Source of the DNA: a virus
Lineage: Duplodnaviria; Caudoviricetes
Virus record (IMG/VR): IMGVR_UViG_3300032212_000510
Span: 1 to 48,881 of that record
Strand: one strand, 5' to 3'
DNA length: 48,881 nt
The position numbers and the translations under genes are program-made. The notes below the pieces were generated by a model, which worked only from the letters and a program-made list of their open reading frames with translations, did not search any database and was not told where the DNA came from. Each line of letters begins with the position of its first letter. Positions within the stretch are counted from its first letter, which is position 1. Positions 8,347 to 18,176 of the stretch are shown piece by piece.

Positions 8347-10008
8347 ATGGATACGCGGGTAAAAGAGCTTATAAAGCAAGGTGATCATCTGTTTACTAAA
8401 AAGCAGGTGTTACTTTCGTTGTATCAGGAGCAGGCAGATCACTTCTATCCAGAGCGCGCAGATTTTACTGTAGCTCGTAATTTGGGTGATGATTTTGCCT
8501 CTAATCTTACAACGTCTTTCCCTATCCTAGCACGCCGTGAGCTGGGTAGTGCTGTAAGTGCTATGCTTAGACCTAATAACCAAGACTGGTATAATATGAC
8601 TATAGGGCATCAAGACAATATTGATGTAGCTGGTAAAGGTTGGTTAGAGCATAAGAGTAAAGTTATGCGCCGTGCAATGTATGATCGCTCATCTTTATTT
8701 GTGAGAGCAACAAAAGAGGCAGATCAGGATTTTGTTACATTTGGTAATGCTGTTATATCCACAGAATTGAATCGTACTCGTACAGGCTTGCTCTATCGTT
8801 GTTGGCATTTGCGAGATGTTGCATGGAAAGAAAATAACGAGGGTAAGGTTGATTGTATCCATAGACGCTGGAAGCCTACAGCTCGTGAGCTTGCTCAAAC
8901 ATTTGGTAAAGATAATTTGCATCAGAAGGTAAAAGAATGCCTTGATGATGCTAGTAAGAATCCATATACGCAGTTTAACTGTCGCCATATCGTAATGCCT
9001 GCTGATTTATACCGCACTATGAAGGATGATGAGGGTGCACGTGTAAACACTCCTTATGTTGGTATTTATATTGATGTTGACAATAACCATGTAATTGAAG
9101 AAACGCCCCTGTATTACACATTCTATAGTGTGCCACGCTGGCAAACAGTGTCTGGTAGCCAATATGGGTATTCACCCGCAACCGTTGCAGCCCTTCCTGA
9201 TGCTAGGCTAATACAGGCAATGACGCTCACCCTGCTTGAAGCTGGAGAGAAAGCCGTTAATCCTCCTATGATCGCGCAGGGTGACGTTGTTCGTTCTGAT
9301 ATCTCTATCTTTGCTGGTGGTGTTACTTGGGTAGATAAAGAATATGATGAGCGCCTTGGTGATAGTCTTAGACCTATATCACAAGATTATAGCTCTTTGC
9401 CGTTTGGTTTAGATATGCGTGAGGATATCAAATCAACAATCATGGAAGCATTCTATCTTAATAAGCTAAACCTACCACCTACAAACACAGGTGATATGAC
9501 AGCTTACGAAACTGCGCAGCGTGTGCAGGAATATATCCGTAATGCTCTACCACTCTTTGAGCCAATGGAGATGGATTATAACGGCTCTGTATGTGAGCAC
9601 ACATTTGAGATTCTTATGCGCGAGGGTGCATTTGGTTCTGTATATGACATGCCAGAATCACTACGTGGCCAAGAGGTGCAGTTCAAGTTCGAATCACCAT
9701 TACATGAAGCAGTGGAGAAACAAAAAGGCCACACCTTTATGGAAGCAAAAGCAATGCTGGCAGAAGCTGCTGCATTGGATCCTGGTGCAGCTCATATGGT
9801 TGATGCTCGTAAGGCATTACGTGATGTGCTTGAGGGTATTGGTATGCCTGCTAAGTGGACACGTGATGAAGCAGCTATGCAGGAAATAGAGGCGCAAATG
9901 CAAGAGAAGCAGCAACAAGCAGAGATGATGGAGAATATGGAGCAAGGCGGTAAAGCCGCTGCCCAAATGGGTAAAGCTCTAAAAGAAGTGAGTCAAGTGC
10001 AGCAGTAA
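8347..10008 (+). CDS. Portal (head-tail connector) protein
   Basis: 553 aa with FVTFGNA, VPRWQTVSGSQYGYSP, ALPD..LQ, NPP and MTAYE motifs of T7 gp8-like connectors. Confidence 0.92.
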   Translation: MDTRVKELIKQGDHLFTKKQVLLSLYQEQADHFYPERADFTVARNLGDDFASNLTTSFPILARRELGSAVSAMLRPNNQDWYNMTIGHQDNIDVAGKGWLEHKSKVMRRAMYDRSSLFVRATKEADQDFVTFGNAVISTELNRTRTGLLYRCWHLRDVAWKENNEGKVDCIHRRWKPTARELAQTFGKDNLHQKVKECLDDASKNPYTQFNCRHIVMPADLYRTMKDDEGARVNTPYVGIYIDVDNNHVIEETPLYYTFYSVPRWQTVSGSQYGYSPATVAALPDARLIQAMTLTLLEAGEKAVNPPMIAQGDVVRSDISIFAGGVTWVDKEYDERLGDSLRPISQDYSSLPFGLDMREDIKSTIMEAFYLNKLNLPPTNTGDMTAYETAQRVQEYIRNALPLFEPMEMDYNGSVCEHTFEILMREGAFGSVYDMPESLRGQEVQFKFESPLHEAVEKQKGHTFMEAKAMLAEAAALDPGAAHMVDARKALRDVLEGIGMPAKWTRDEAAMQEIEAQMQEKQQQAEMMENMEQGGKAAAQMGKALKEVSQVQQ

Positions 10009-10020
10009 GGGAAAAAGTGA

Positions 10021-10338
10021 ATGACTAAAAAGAATAATGGGCAAGGCCCACGCATGAAAGCGAAAAAGATTGATCCAACAGTGCCAGCGCCAGCAACAGA
10101 GCAACAGATATATGCTCTACAGGCACTATACGAAGGAACAGCCACAGAGCATCAGCAAAAGGAAGCATTAGCATGGGTTATCAATCATGCTTCGCTTGCT
10201 TATGCGCCATCCTATCAATCCGGTGAGGATGGTAATAGAGATACAGCATTTGCGTTAGGCCGCGCATTTGTTGGGCAGCAGATTATTGGCCTATTAAAAA
10301 TTAATTTATTAGCATTTGAAGGAGAAAATAATGTTTGA
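10021..10338 (+). CDS. Conserved phage protein between portal and scaffold (Bbp19-like)
   Basis: DTAFALGRAFVGQQI motif and synteny. Confidence 0.7.
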   Translation: MTKKNNGQGPRMKAKKIDPTVPAPATEQQIYALQALYEGTATEHQQKEALAWVINHASLAYAPSYQSGEDGNRDTAFALGRAFVGQQIIGLLKINLLAFEGENNV

Positions 10339-11422
10339 ATACTTGAAACATGGTGGCTTTCCCATGATTATGGAGGAAGCAGGTGAAGAAGGTGGCGCAG
10401 GTGGTGGCACCGGAGGAGACGCTGGTACAGGCGGTGAAGGTGGTGACGCTGGAGCTGGAGATGCTGGCACAGGAAGCGAAGGAGATAGCAGTGCAGGAGA
10501 TCAAGGAGATGGCCAAGATGGAGGCGAGGGGGATAGCTCTCAAGGAACGGGCAGCTCGCAAAAACCAGCAGCCAAAGTTGGTGACGAAGGAGAATCAGAA
10601 GGTGATGGCGATGGTGAGGGCCAAGGCGATGCTGATTGGCGTAAGGCGCTCGCTGGAGAAGATGAAAAAGACCTCCAAACCTTAAACCGATTCAATAGTC
10701 AAAAAGACTTGTGGAAAGCATATAAGGATTTACGCACAAAGATTAGTAAAGGTGATCTTAAGGGTAAGTTGCCAGAAGGTGCAAGCGAGGAAGATGTTGC
10801 CAAGTATCGTGAGGATAATGGCATACCTAAAGATGCTGATGGCTATCTTGATTCTTTACCAGAAGGATTAGTGCTTGGTGAGGACATAAAAGAAAACGCA
10901 GAAGATTATCTTAAGGAAATGCATGATATGAATGCATCACCTGATGTCGTTGCCAAAGGCCTTGAAATGTTTCAAAAGCATCAAGAGGCTTATGCTGAGC
11001 AGGTATCGCAGATGGATCAGCAAAAAGCTGCTGATGCTACAGCCCAACTCAAGGAAGATTGGGGCGCTGATTATGATGCTAATATTCAATCACTGCATAA
11101 CTTTATTGAGGGTAATTTCCCTAAAGAAGTGCAAGATAGTATTATGAATGGTCGTCTTGGTGATGATGAGGGTACACCGTTGCTATGCCATCCTGGTGTA
11201 ATTGATGCCTTTAGTCGCATACAGCGTGAGCTTAATCCTATGGGTTCCAGAGCTAGTGGACAGGGTATGGATAATATGGATGCTATCAATGATCAGATTA
11301 AAACTTATGAGGATCGCATGGGTAATGATCGATCCAACTGGTACAAGGATGAAAAAGCACAGACACATTATCGCGAGCTACTTAATGCACGTGAGCGCTA
11401 TCAACAGCGTAGTGGTACTTGA
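10331..11422 (+). CDS. Capsid scaffolding/assembly protein
   Basis: Gly/acidic low-complexity N-terminus, DWRKAL, LKEDWGADYDANI. Lies before MCP. AGGAG RBS before ATG 10331. Confidence 0.8.
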   Translation: MFEYLKHGGFPMIMEEAGEEGGAGGGTGGDAGTGGEGGDAGAGDAGTGSEGDSSAGDQGDGQDGGEGDSSQGTGSSQKPAAKVGDEGESEGDGDGEGQGDADWRKALAGEDEKDLQTLNRFNSQKDLWKAYKDLRTKISKGDLKGKLPEGASEEDVAKYREDNGIPKDADGYLDSLPEGLVLGEDIKENAEDYLKEMHDMNASPDVVAKGLEMFQKHQEAYAEQVSQMDQQKAADATAQLKEDWGADYDANIQSLHNFIEGNFPKEVQDSIMNGRLGDDEGTPLLCHPGVIDAFSRIQRELNPMGSRASGQGMDNMDAINDQIKTYEDRMGNDRSNWYKDEKAQTHYRELLNARERYQQRSGT

Positions 11423-11476
11423 CAGTAATTTCTCATAGCTTTACTTTAACACTGAGACAAAAACCCCGCAAAGAAA

Positions 11477-11515
11477 GAAAAGGGTCACTCGCTTATTTAA
11501 GGGGTGGCTCTTTTC
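11477..11515 (+). terminator. Terminator-like hairpin after the scaffold gene
   Basis: GAAAAGGGTCACTC...GGGTGGCTCTTTTC. Confidence 0.55.
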
Positions 11516-11578
11516 ACATTTATAGCCTACTTGCAAGGCATGTTACTTTGTGTAATAATTCAATTAATGATGCATTCA

Positions 11579-11704
11579 GGATAACCTGCCATCGCAGCCC
11601 CTACAGCATCGCTCGAATACCGAGTTTCAAGCAAAGGCCCCGCGCCGATCATTGATAGCTCCTTTATGGATAACCTATTACATGATCTTAAGAGCCGGAT
11701 AACC
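11579..11704 (+). promoter_or_regulatory. Capsid-gene leader with three GGATAACC repeats
   Basis: GGATAACC at 11579, 11668 and 11697, downstream of a TTGCAA...TAATAAT promoter candidate (11531-11559). Confidence 0.5.
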
Positions 11705-11755
11705 CCAAGCCAAAACTTTACATTACATCGTCAACCTAAATTTAAGGAGTCTCTC

Positions 11756-12607
11756 ATGGCTGATACAGCTTATCAGACCCAATTCCGCCAAGAATTTGTG
11801 CGCGGATTTGAGCAACGTCAGAGCCTTCTCCGTGATAGTGTAACCACTGAGGTCATGGTGAAGGGTCAACAGGCAACATTTCTTGTAGCGGATAGCGGTG
11901 GCGCAAGCGCTGTTAATCGTGGCACGAATGGCCGCATTCCTGGTCGTCCAGACAACCTAACGCAAAAAACCATCACTCTTAAAGAGTGGCATGATGTACC
12001 GGAGCGCACAGGCTTTAATCTGTTTGCTTCACAAGGCGATGGTCGCCGCATTATGCAGGAAACTGCAATGGCTGTTATTAATCGTAAGGTTGATGATGAT
12101 ATCATTGATCAACTGGAAACAGGTACGAATGATACTGGCACGGCTACAACTGCTAACCTTAATCTTGTTCTAAAGGCTAAAACTATCCTTGGTAATAACA
12201 AGGTTCCTTGGGATGGCATGATTACTGCTGTTGTTACTCCGGCATTTATGGCGTATCTGCACATGGTGAAGGAATTTGCCAATGCTGAATACGTTAGTAA
12301 AAAGCCGTTGGATAATGGTGAGGCTGCATGGCAAGACCAGCGTGGTTATTACACATGGTTAGGTGTAAAATGGATTGAGCATCCAGAATTGCCTGGTGTT
12401 GGTACAAATGCTGAAAAATGCTTTATGTATCACCGTTCAGCAATTGGGCATGCAGCTCCATCTGAGCTTATCCAGACTTATGCCGATTATGATAAACGCG
12501 ATGATTACAGCTATTGCCGTTGCACAGCCTATATAGGTGGTGTGCTATTGCAAAATAGTGGTGTTGTTGTGATGAATCATGATGGTAGTGCTCTAGTCGC
12601 ATCCTAA
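11756..12607 (+). CDS. Major capsid protein
   Basis: AAGGAG RBS before ATG 11756 (MADTAYQTQFRQEF). AMAVINRKVDDDII, WLGVKWIEH, CFMYHRSAIGHA. Synteny. Confidence 0.9.
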   Translation: MADTAYQTQFRQEFVRGFEQRQSLLRDSVTTEVMVKGQQATFLVADSGGASAVNRGTNGRIPGRPDNLTQKTITLKEWHDVPERTGFNLFASQGDGRRIMQETAMAVINRKVDDDIIDQLETGTNDTGTATTANLNLVLKAKTILGNNKVPWDGMITAVVTPAFMAYLHMVKEFANAEYVSKKPLDNGEAAWQDQRGYYTWLGVKWIEHPELPGVGTNAEKCFMYHRSAIGHAAPSELIQTYADYDKRDDYSYCRCTAYIGGVLLQNSGVVVMNHDGSALVAS

Positions 12608-12694
12608 GTAAATAATGGGAGCCTTTAATTAGGCTCTCACTAATACCTTGCAAGTGAATATTTTGTTTTCTTAATTTTAATCAAGGAGAGTCCT

Positions 12695-12976
12695 ATGGCT
12701 TACGCTACAACAAATCCACCTATCCTTGTCTCTCGCGGTATCGCAGGATATGGGAATGTGTGGCATTATTCATCTGCTGACGCTGCGGCAACAGTTGATG
12801 GTGATGGTTATATCACAGATGGTGATGCACTTGGTATGAAGGTTAATGATATGGTTCTTGTTGTTGATACAGCAACACCTCTTGTTACTTCACACAGAGT
12901 TGCATCTGTTACATCTGGTGGTGCTGCTGATCTTGCAGATGGCACTACAATTGGATCAACAACAGATTCAGACTAA
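12695..12976 (+). CDS. Putative capsid decoration/cement protein
   Basis: Strong RBS. Co-transcribed after MCP, before a terminator. YSSADAAATVDGDGYITD..LGMKVNDMV pattern. Confidence 0.65.
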   Translation: MAYATTNPPILVSRGIAGYGNVWHYSSADAAATVDGDGYITDGDALGMKVNDMVLVVDTATPLVTSHRVASVTSGGAADLADGTTIGSTTDSD

Positions 12977-13004
12977 TACAAGCTCCTTATCTGCTGCTTG
13001 TTGG

Positions 13005-13039
13005 AAGGCCCTTGCAATCGCGGGGCCTTTCGTTTTTTT
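13005..13039 (+). terminator. Rho-independent terminator of the capsid transcript
   Basis: AAGGCCCTTGC-AATC-GCGGGGCCTT followed by T run. Confidence 0.8.
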
Positions 13040-13081
13040 CATTCCATTGTTTTTTTTCTTGATATATAGCATAATGGTTTT

Positions 13082-13219
13082 ACAAGACTGCGGGATGATT
13101 AAATCCACAGGAACACGGATATATCTGTTACTTGGTGAAGCGGTGTGCTGGCTTAGGCGAGTAATCACACAGGCAAAACACAAGAGATAATAGCGTCAGG
13201 TTGCGAAAGCCAGTCTTGT
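13082..13219 (+). ncRNA. Candidate structured ncRNA with paired ends, upstream of tRNA-Met
   Basis: ACAAGACTG (13082-90) pairs with CAGTCTTGT (13211-19). Internal hairpins. Starts at the predicted +1 of TTGTTT-17-CATAAT (13047-13075). Confidence 0.5.
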
Positions 13220-13245
13220 TCTTTGAAGTGCCTATCAAATTTTAA

Positions 13246-13322
13246 CGCGAAGTGGAGCAGTACGGTAGCTCGCCAGCCTCATACGCTGGAGGCCGAGGGT
13301 TCGAATCCCTCCTTCGCAACCA
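13246..13322 (+). tRNA. tRNA-Met(CAT), initiator-like
   Basis: 77-nt cloverleaf with C1xA72 mismatch, D stem GAGC/GCTC (A11-U24), anticodon CAT 13280-82, GGTTCGAATCC T arm and encoded CCA. Confidence 0.95.
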
Positions 13323-13353
13323 ATTTAATTAATCACTAGAGGAGTGAATATCT

Positions 13354-13896
13354 ATGACTGCAGCAGGAAAAAAAGAAACTGTAAATTTATCCCCACGTAA
13401 AATATTGTCCGGTGATCTGCAACGCGCAGAATTTTGCCGTGCACATTTTCGTGTAATTGTAATTGATCTTGAAACCACACTAGATGATATCTTAAAGCCT
13501 GAATATTGGGTGAATTGTGGAGCTACGCTTAAGGGAGCTGGTCAGCACCCGTTTCCTATAGTGGAGGTTATTTGGCAAGATGGTAGCCGTTACATAGAGC
13601 TAATGGTTATTGATGCTAATAATCTATGGGCAAAGGTCAGAGTGTTACGTGACATTGATCTTACTAAGCAGGAAGAAAGACCAGCTTTAGAAAAGGCGCG
13701 TAAATCACTAAAGAAAAAAAGTGAGGCTTCACCTGATCCTGATTCAGATAATCCATTTGAGATAAAGTGGGTATCTCCATCATCTAAATATGGTGTTATA
13801 CGCAAATCAGATGGTGAGCGTCTAACAGAAGGGTGCGAGAGTAAGGAAGCTGCTGAGCAGTGGATTGAAGATTATAACAAGTCTATGGCAGAGTAA
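13354..13896 (+). CDS. Hypothetical phage protein
   Basis: GAGGAG RBS. 180 aa in the late operon between capsid and tail genes. Confidence 0.75.
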   Translation: MTAAGKKETVNLSPRKILSGDLQRAEFCRAHFRVIVIDLETTLDDILKPEYWVNCGATLKGAGQHPFPIVEVIWQDGSRYIELMVIDANNLWAKVRVLRDIDLTKQEERPALEKARKSLKKKSEASPDPDSDNPFEIKWVSPSSKYGVIRKSDGERLTEGCESKEAAEQWIEDYNKSMAE

Positions 13897-13916
13897 TCTA
13901 ATAGGGAGCAAGTCTT

Positions 13917-14543
13917 ATGGCTATAACTAAACTCCAGCTTTACAATGGCGCTTTACGCATTTGCGGTGAGCGTAAAACCACTCTTACAGAAGAGCGTGAG
14001 CCACGCAGGCTCCTTGATGATGTATGGGATGAGGATATTGTAAAGCGGTGTTTAGAGCAAGGCCAATGGCAGTTTGCTACCCGTACAGTTAAATTGGAGG
14101 CCAGCACATCAGTAAGTCCTGATTTTGGTTATACATATGCATTTGAGAAGCCAAGCGATTGGGTGCGTACAACTATGTTGGCCTCTGATGAATATTTTCA
14201 CAACCATCTTACACAAAGCTCAATGGAGGCTGGTTACATATTCTGTGATCTCGATGAGATTTATATGGCTTATGTGTCTGATGATTCGGCCTACGGTAAT
14301 GATCTATCACTTTGGCCACAGTCATTCTCTAAATATGTTATGGCAGATATGGCTTATGAGGTTGCGCCACGCCTCACTGGTGTAAAGGTGGATGTGCAAA
14401 GAATTGAGAGAATAAGGGATAAGCGCCTTTTAGATGCGCAGAATACAGACGGTGTGAATAGACCCACAAGATTCCCATCACGTGGATCATGGAATGATGG
14501 AAGGCATGGGCGCTATACAAGATTTGTTGATAGGAGACGTTAA
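13917..14543 (+). CDS. Tail tubular protein A / adaptor (T7 gp11-like)
   Basis: TKLQLYNGALRICGE, WQFATRTVKL, YTYAFEKPSDWVR motifs. Confidence 0.85.
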   Translation: MAITKLQLYNGALRICGERKTTLTEEREPRRLLDDVWDEDIVKRCLEQGQWQFATRTVKLEASTSVSPDFGYTYAFEKPSDWVRTTMLASDEYFHNHLTQSSMEAGYIFCDLDEIYMAYVSDDSAYGNDLSLWPQSFSKYVMADMAYEVAPRLTGVKVDVQRIERIRDKRLLDAQNTDGVNRPTRFPSRGSWNDGRHGRYTRFVDRRR

Positions 14544-17236
14544 TGGCACGTGAGCATGTCCCTTTAGTAGCATTTAATCGTGGTATTATAAGCCCACTTG
14601 CTTTGGCTCGTACTGATATACGGCGCACTGCTCTATCAGCAGAAGAACAAACAAATTGGATGCCACGTGTATTAGGTAGTATGATGCTCCGGCCAGGTCT
14701 TGGTTATATTGGTGGTACCAAAAGCAATAATAAGGCATTTCATATACCTTTTATTTTTTCCACTACTGATACAGCTATAATTGAAATCACAGATGCAAAT
14801 ATGCGTGTATATGTAGATGATACTGTTGTAACTCGTAATTCAGTATCAACAGCTATTACCGATGATGATTTTTCAACAGATACCGGCGCTTGGGTTGATA
14901 TAGATGAGGTTGGTGCTACATCAACTATTGATACTACTGATGAGCAGCTTGAGCTTGTTGGTAGCGGTTATGCTGCTGCTGGTCGTAGGCAAACAATAGC
15001 TGTGGCAGATGGCGATCAAAACACAGAGCATGCAGTACGTATAGAAGTAGATAGAGGCCCTGTAACATTTAGACTTGGCTCTACATCTGGAGGTGATGAG
15101 CTTATTAGTGAAACCACACTTGGTACCGGCACACACTCACTGGCATTTACACCAACTACAGCAAATATATACCTACAAATAACAAGCCTTGCTCAAGCAG
15201 TAAAAATTGTTTCATCCGTAGAGATCGAAGCCAGTAATGGTATGGATATAACTGCACCATGGGCAGAAGCAGACTTGCAAAATATCCGCTACGATCAAAG
15301 CGCAGATGTGATTTATATTGCTTGTAATGGATACAAGCCCAAAAAGATTGAGAGGCGTGCAGCACGAAGCTGGAGCCTTGTTGATTATGAGCCAGAGGAT
15401 GGGCCATTTAGGGTGCTTAATACTGGTGTAACAACACTCACACCTAGTGCTATATCAGGTGATATTACACTTGCTGCCAGCCGTAATTTATTTACCGAGG
15501 ATCATGTAGGTGCATTGTATAAGATAACTTCTGTTGGCCAGCTCGTTGAACAAGATATAACTGGTGAAGATCAGTGGAGCGATAATATTCGTGTTATTGG
15601 AACTGGTACCCAAAGATATTTTGATATTGTTAGAGCAGGTACATGGGTTGGTACAGTTACATTACAACGATCTGTAGATGAGCCTGGATCATGGGTTGAT
15701 GTGGCCACATATACTACCAATGGCACAGTAACTAATTATAATGATGGTTTGAGCAATCAGATTGTATATTACCGTATAGGTATAAAAGCAGGTGACTACA
15801 CAAGCGGGACTGCAGAGCTATCTATGACATATGCTAATGGTAATTTAACGGGTGTTGTGCGTATTACAGCTTACACTGATGAGCAGAATGTAAGCGCAGC
15901 AGTTTTATCTAGCCTTGGTGGCACCGATGCATCAACAAATTGGTATGAGGGTGAGTGGAGCGATTATAGAGGTTATCCATCTAGTACCGTATTACATGAA
16001 GGCCGTAATTGGTGGGCTGGTAAAACAAAAGTGTGGGGTTCTATATCGGATGCGTATGAATCATTTGATGAAGAGCAAGAAGGTGATAGCGCTCCTATTA
16101 ATAGAAGTATAGGGCAAGGCCCTGTTGATTCTGTTGATTGGCTTCTACCTTTAAGTCGTTTAATTATTGGTACTGATGGCGCTGAATGGTCTGCAAGATC
16201 ATCATCACTTGATGAGCCGCTTACTGTTAGTAATTTTAATCTAAAGGCTCCATCAACACAGGGTAGCTATAATGTGGCTGCTGTAAAGATTGATGATACA
16301 GGTTTATTTGTGCAACGCTCAGGGACAAAGCTCTTTCAGCTTAATACAAGCGGTGATGTTACTTTTGGTGATTATCAAAGTGTAGACCTTATGGAGTTAG
16401 CACCAGAAGTAGGTGAGCCATCTATCATACGTATTATGCCACAAAGACAGCCTGATACTCGTGTGCATTGTGTGCGTAGTGATGGTAAAGTCGCTGTACT
16501 TATAAGTCAGCCAGCAGAGGAAGTGTTATGTTGGGTGCTTGTTGAAACTGATGGTGATATTGAGGATGTAGTAGTATTACCCGGATCCGTAGAGGATGTA
16601 GTTTATTATGTTGTTAAACGCACAATTAACGGAAGCACAGTACGTTATCTTGAAAAATGGGCGCTTGAAAGCGAATGCAGAGGTGGAGCACTTAATAAAC
16701 AGGCAGATTCTTTTATTGTATATGACGATGTAAGCACCACTACAATCACGGGGCTTTCTCATCTTGAGGCTGAGGAAGTTATTATATGGGCTGATGGCAT
16801 TTATGTTGGTACAGATACAGTTAGTGGTGGGCAAATTACACTTACTACTGCTGCAAGCCAAGTTGTAGTAGGTGTTTATTATGAGGCGCGTTTCAAAAGT
16901 GCTAAGCTTGCTTATGCCTCACGCCTTGGAACTGCGCTTACACAGAAAAAGAAAGTCGATCATATTGGGCTTATGCTTTATAATACACATTATCAAGGCC
17001 TTAGATATGGCCCATCTTTTGAAGAAAGCGGCGGCGAATATACATTACTTGATGGTTTGCCAGCAGTTGAAGAAGGTGCAGAGGTTGCTGATGATACTGT
17101 ATGGGAATCATATGATACAGAAATGATAGAATTTAATGGTGAGTGGGATACAGATAGTCGTGTATGCTTACTTGCTCAAGCTCCAAAACCTTGTACTGTT
17201 TTAGGTGCCGTGATTGCTATAAATACGAATGGATAG
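14543..17236 (+). CDS. Tail tubular protein B / nozzle (T7 gp12-like)
   Basis: AFNRGIISP, GSMMLRPG, YDQSADV, GYPSSTVLHEGR, LFVQRSG motifs. TAATG coupling to the previous gene. Confidence 0.88.
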   Translation: MAREHVPLVAFNRGIISPLALARTDIRRTALSAEEQTNWMPRVLGSMMLRPGLGYIGGTKSNNKAFHIPFIFSTTDTAIIEITDANMRVYVDDTVVTRNSVSTAITDDDFSTDTGAWVDIDEVGATSTIDTTDEQLELVGSGYAAAGRRQTIAVADGDQNTEHAVRIEVDRGPVTFRLGSTSGGDELISETTLGTGTHSLAFTPTTANIYLQITSLAQAVKIVSSVEIEASNGMDITAPWAEADLQNIRYDQSADVIYIACNGYKPKKIERRAARSWSLVDYEPEDGPFRVLNTGVTTLTPSAISGDITLAASRNLFTEDHVGALYKITSVGQLVEQDITGEDQWSDNIRVIGTGTQRYFDIVRAGTWVGTVTLQRSVDEPGSWVDVATYTTNGTVTNYNDGLSNQIVYYRIGIKAGDYTSGTAELSMTYANGNLTGVVRITAYTDEQNVSAAVLSSLGGTDASTNWYEGEWSDYRGYPSSTVLHEGRNWWAGKTKVWGSISDAYESFDEEQEGDSAPINRSIGQGPVDSVDWLLPLSRLIIGTDGAEWSARSSSLDEPLTVSNFNLKAPSTQGSYNVAAVKIDDTGLFVQRSGTKLFQLNTSGDVTFGDYQSVDLMELAPEVGEPSIIRIMPQRQPDTRVHCVRSDGKVAVLISQPAEEVLCWVLVETDGDIEDVVVLPGSVEDVVYYVVKRTINGSTVRYLEKWALESECRGGALNKQADSFIVYDDVSTTTITGLSHLEAEEVIIWADGIYVGTDTVSGGQITLTTAASQVVVGVYYEARFKSAKLAYASRLGTALTQKKKVDHIGLMLYNTHYQGLRYGPSFEESGGEYTLLDGLPAVEEGAEVADDTVWESYDTEMIEFNGEWDTDSRVCLLAQAPKPCTVLGAVIAINTNG

Positions 17237-17238
17237 AT

Positions 17239-17631
17239 ATGAGTAAAGTGCTTAATGAGCGTATAGAGATAAAGCCAGCTACACGCCACGATATAAAAGA
17301 GTTTTATGGCGATACTATGCGAGAGTCATGTCGTGCATGGAGTGCTTTTTATGACGGAAAGCTTGCCGCTATAGGAGGAGTATCAATTACACGCAATCTT
17401 ATGTTAGTATTCATGGAGATGCGTCTTGAAAGTGAAGTGCCTGATATTACAATTTGGAGAAGTGCACTACACATTTGGGAAAAGATCAGAAAATTAAATT
17501 ACCCCATCATGTATGCAGTGGCTGATCCAAATCTGTCAACAGCTCCGGCTTTTCTGGAGCGTCTAGGTTTTGAACATGTTGAAAGCTCTGCACGAGGGGA
17601 GATTTATAGATGGCCGATCCAATCTCAATAG
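17239..17631 (+). CDS. GNAT-like internal virion protein A (T7 gp13-like position)
   Basis: IKPAT..DI, GKLAAIGG, APAFLERLGFE. Follows the nozzle gene. Confidence 0.65.
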   Translation: MSKVLNERIEIKPATRHDIKEFYGDTMRESCRAWSAFYDGKLAAIGGVSITRNLMLVFMEMRLESEVPDITIWRSALHIWEKIRKLNYPIMYAVADPNLSTAPAFLERLGFEHVESSARGEIYRWPIQSQ

Positions 17632-18176
17632 GATTATTAGTAGGTAGTACCGTATTATCTGCTGCTGGAGCAATGCAAGAAGGATGGGCAGCAGAGGCGA
17701 GCGCAAAGGCACAGCAACAGCAACTTGAATACCAAGCCAAGACCGGCGAGATTGCAGCAGGGCAGGAAAGAGCATCAGCGCAGCGTAGAGCTATGGAAGA
17801 GCGTAGGCAAGCAGGGTTAGCATCATCTCGTGCGCAGGCATTGGCCGCTGCTGGAGGTGGTGGGACTCTTGATCCAAGCATTATAAATATTATGGGTGAT
17901 TTAGCAGCAGAGGGTGAATATGCTGCTGATGTTGAGCTTTATGAAGGTGAGGAGCGCGCACGTGAGCTTGAAACTGGTGCAGAACTTCGTAAATATGAAG
18001 GAAGAGCAGCAAGGGCTGCTGGCAAGAGAGCTAAAAAAGCTGGTTACATGAAAGCTGCTGCTACTGTTATGAAGGGTGGTAGTAGTATGGCAGGCAAGCT
18101 TAGCCCTGGTACCGAAAGTATTAGCTGGAGTGATGGTACCAGCGGCACATATGGACGCACAGGGAGGTACATGTAA
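17610..18176 (+). CDS. Ejection/internal virion protein (gp14-like)
   Basis: Hydrophobic MADPISIGLLVGST N-terminus, Ala/Gln coiled coil, AAAGGG. Synteny. Confidence 0.7.
   Translation: MADPISIGLLVGSTVLSAAGAMQEGWAAEASAKAQQQQLEYQAKTGEIAAGQERASAQRRAMEERRQAGLASSRAQALAAAGGGGTLDPSIINIMGDLAAEGEYAADVELYEGEERARELETGAELRKYEGRAARAAGKRAKKAGYMKAAATVMKGGSSMAGKLSPGTESISWSDGTSGTYGRTGRYM

Noticed and set aside
10380-10630. GGN-rich repetitive DNA
   Set aside because: It simply encodes the Gly/Asp/Glu low-complexity N-terminus of the scaffold protein.
11451-11459. ACTGAGACA matching the IS IR core
   Set aside because: Only 9 bp, lacks the terminal CTACC and a partner. Compatible with chance.
11419-11755. 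ORF 11419-11655 and the MCP extension from 11666
   Set aside because: They span a terminator, promoter and repeat-bearing leader. The strong AAGGAG RBS supports the MCP start at 11756.
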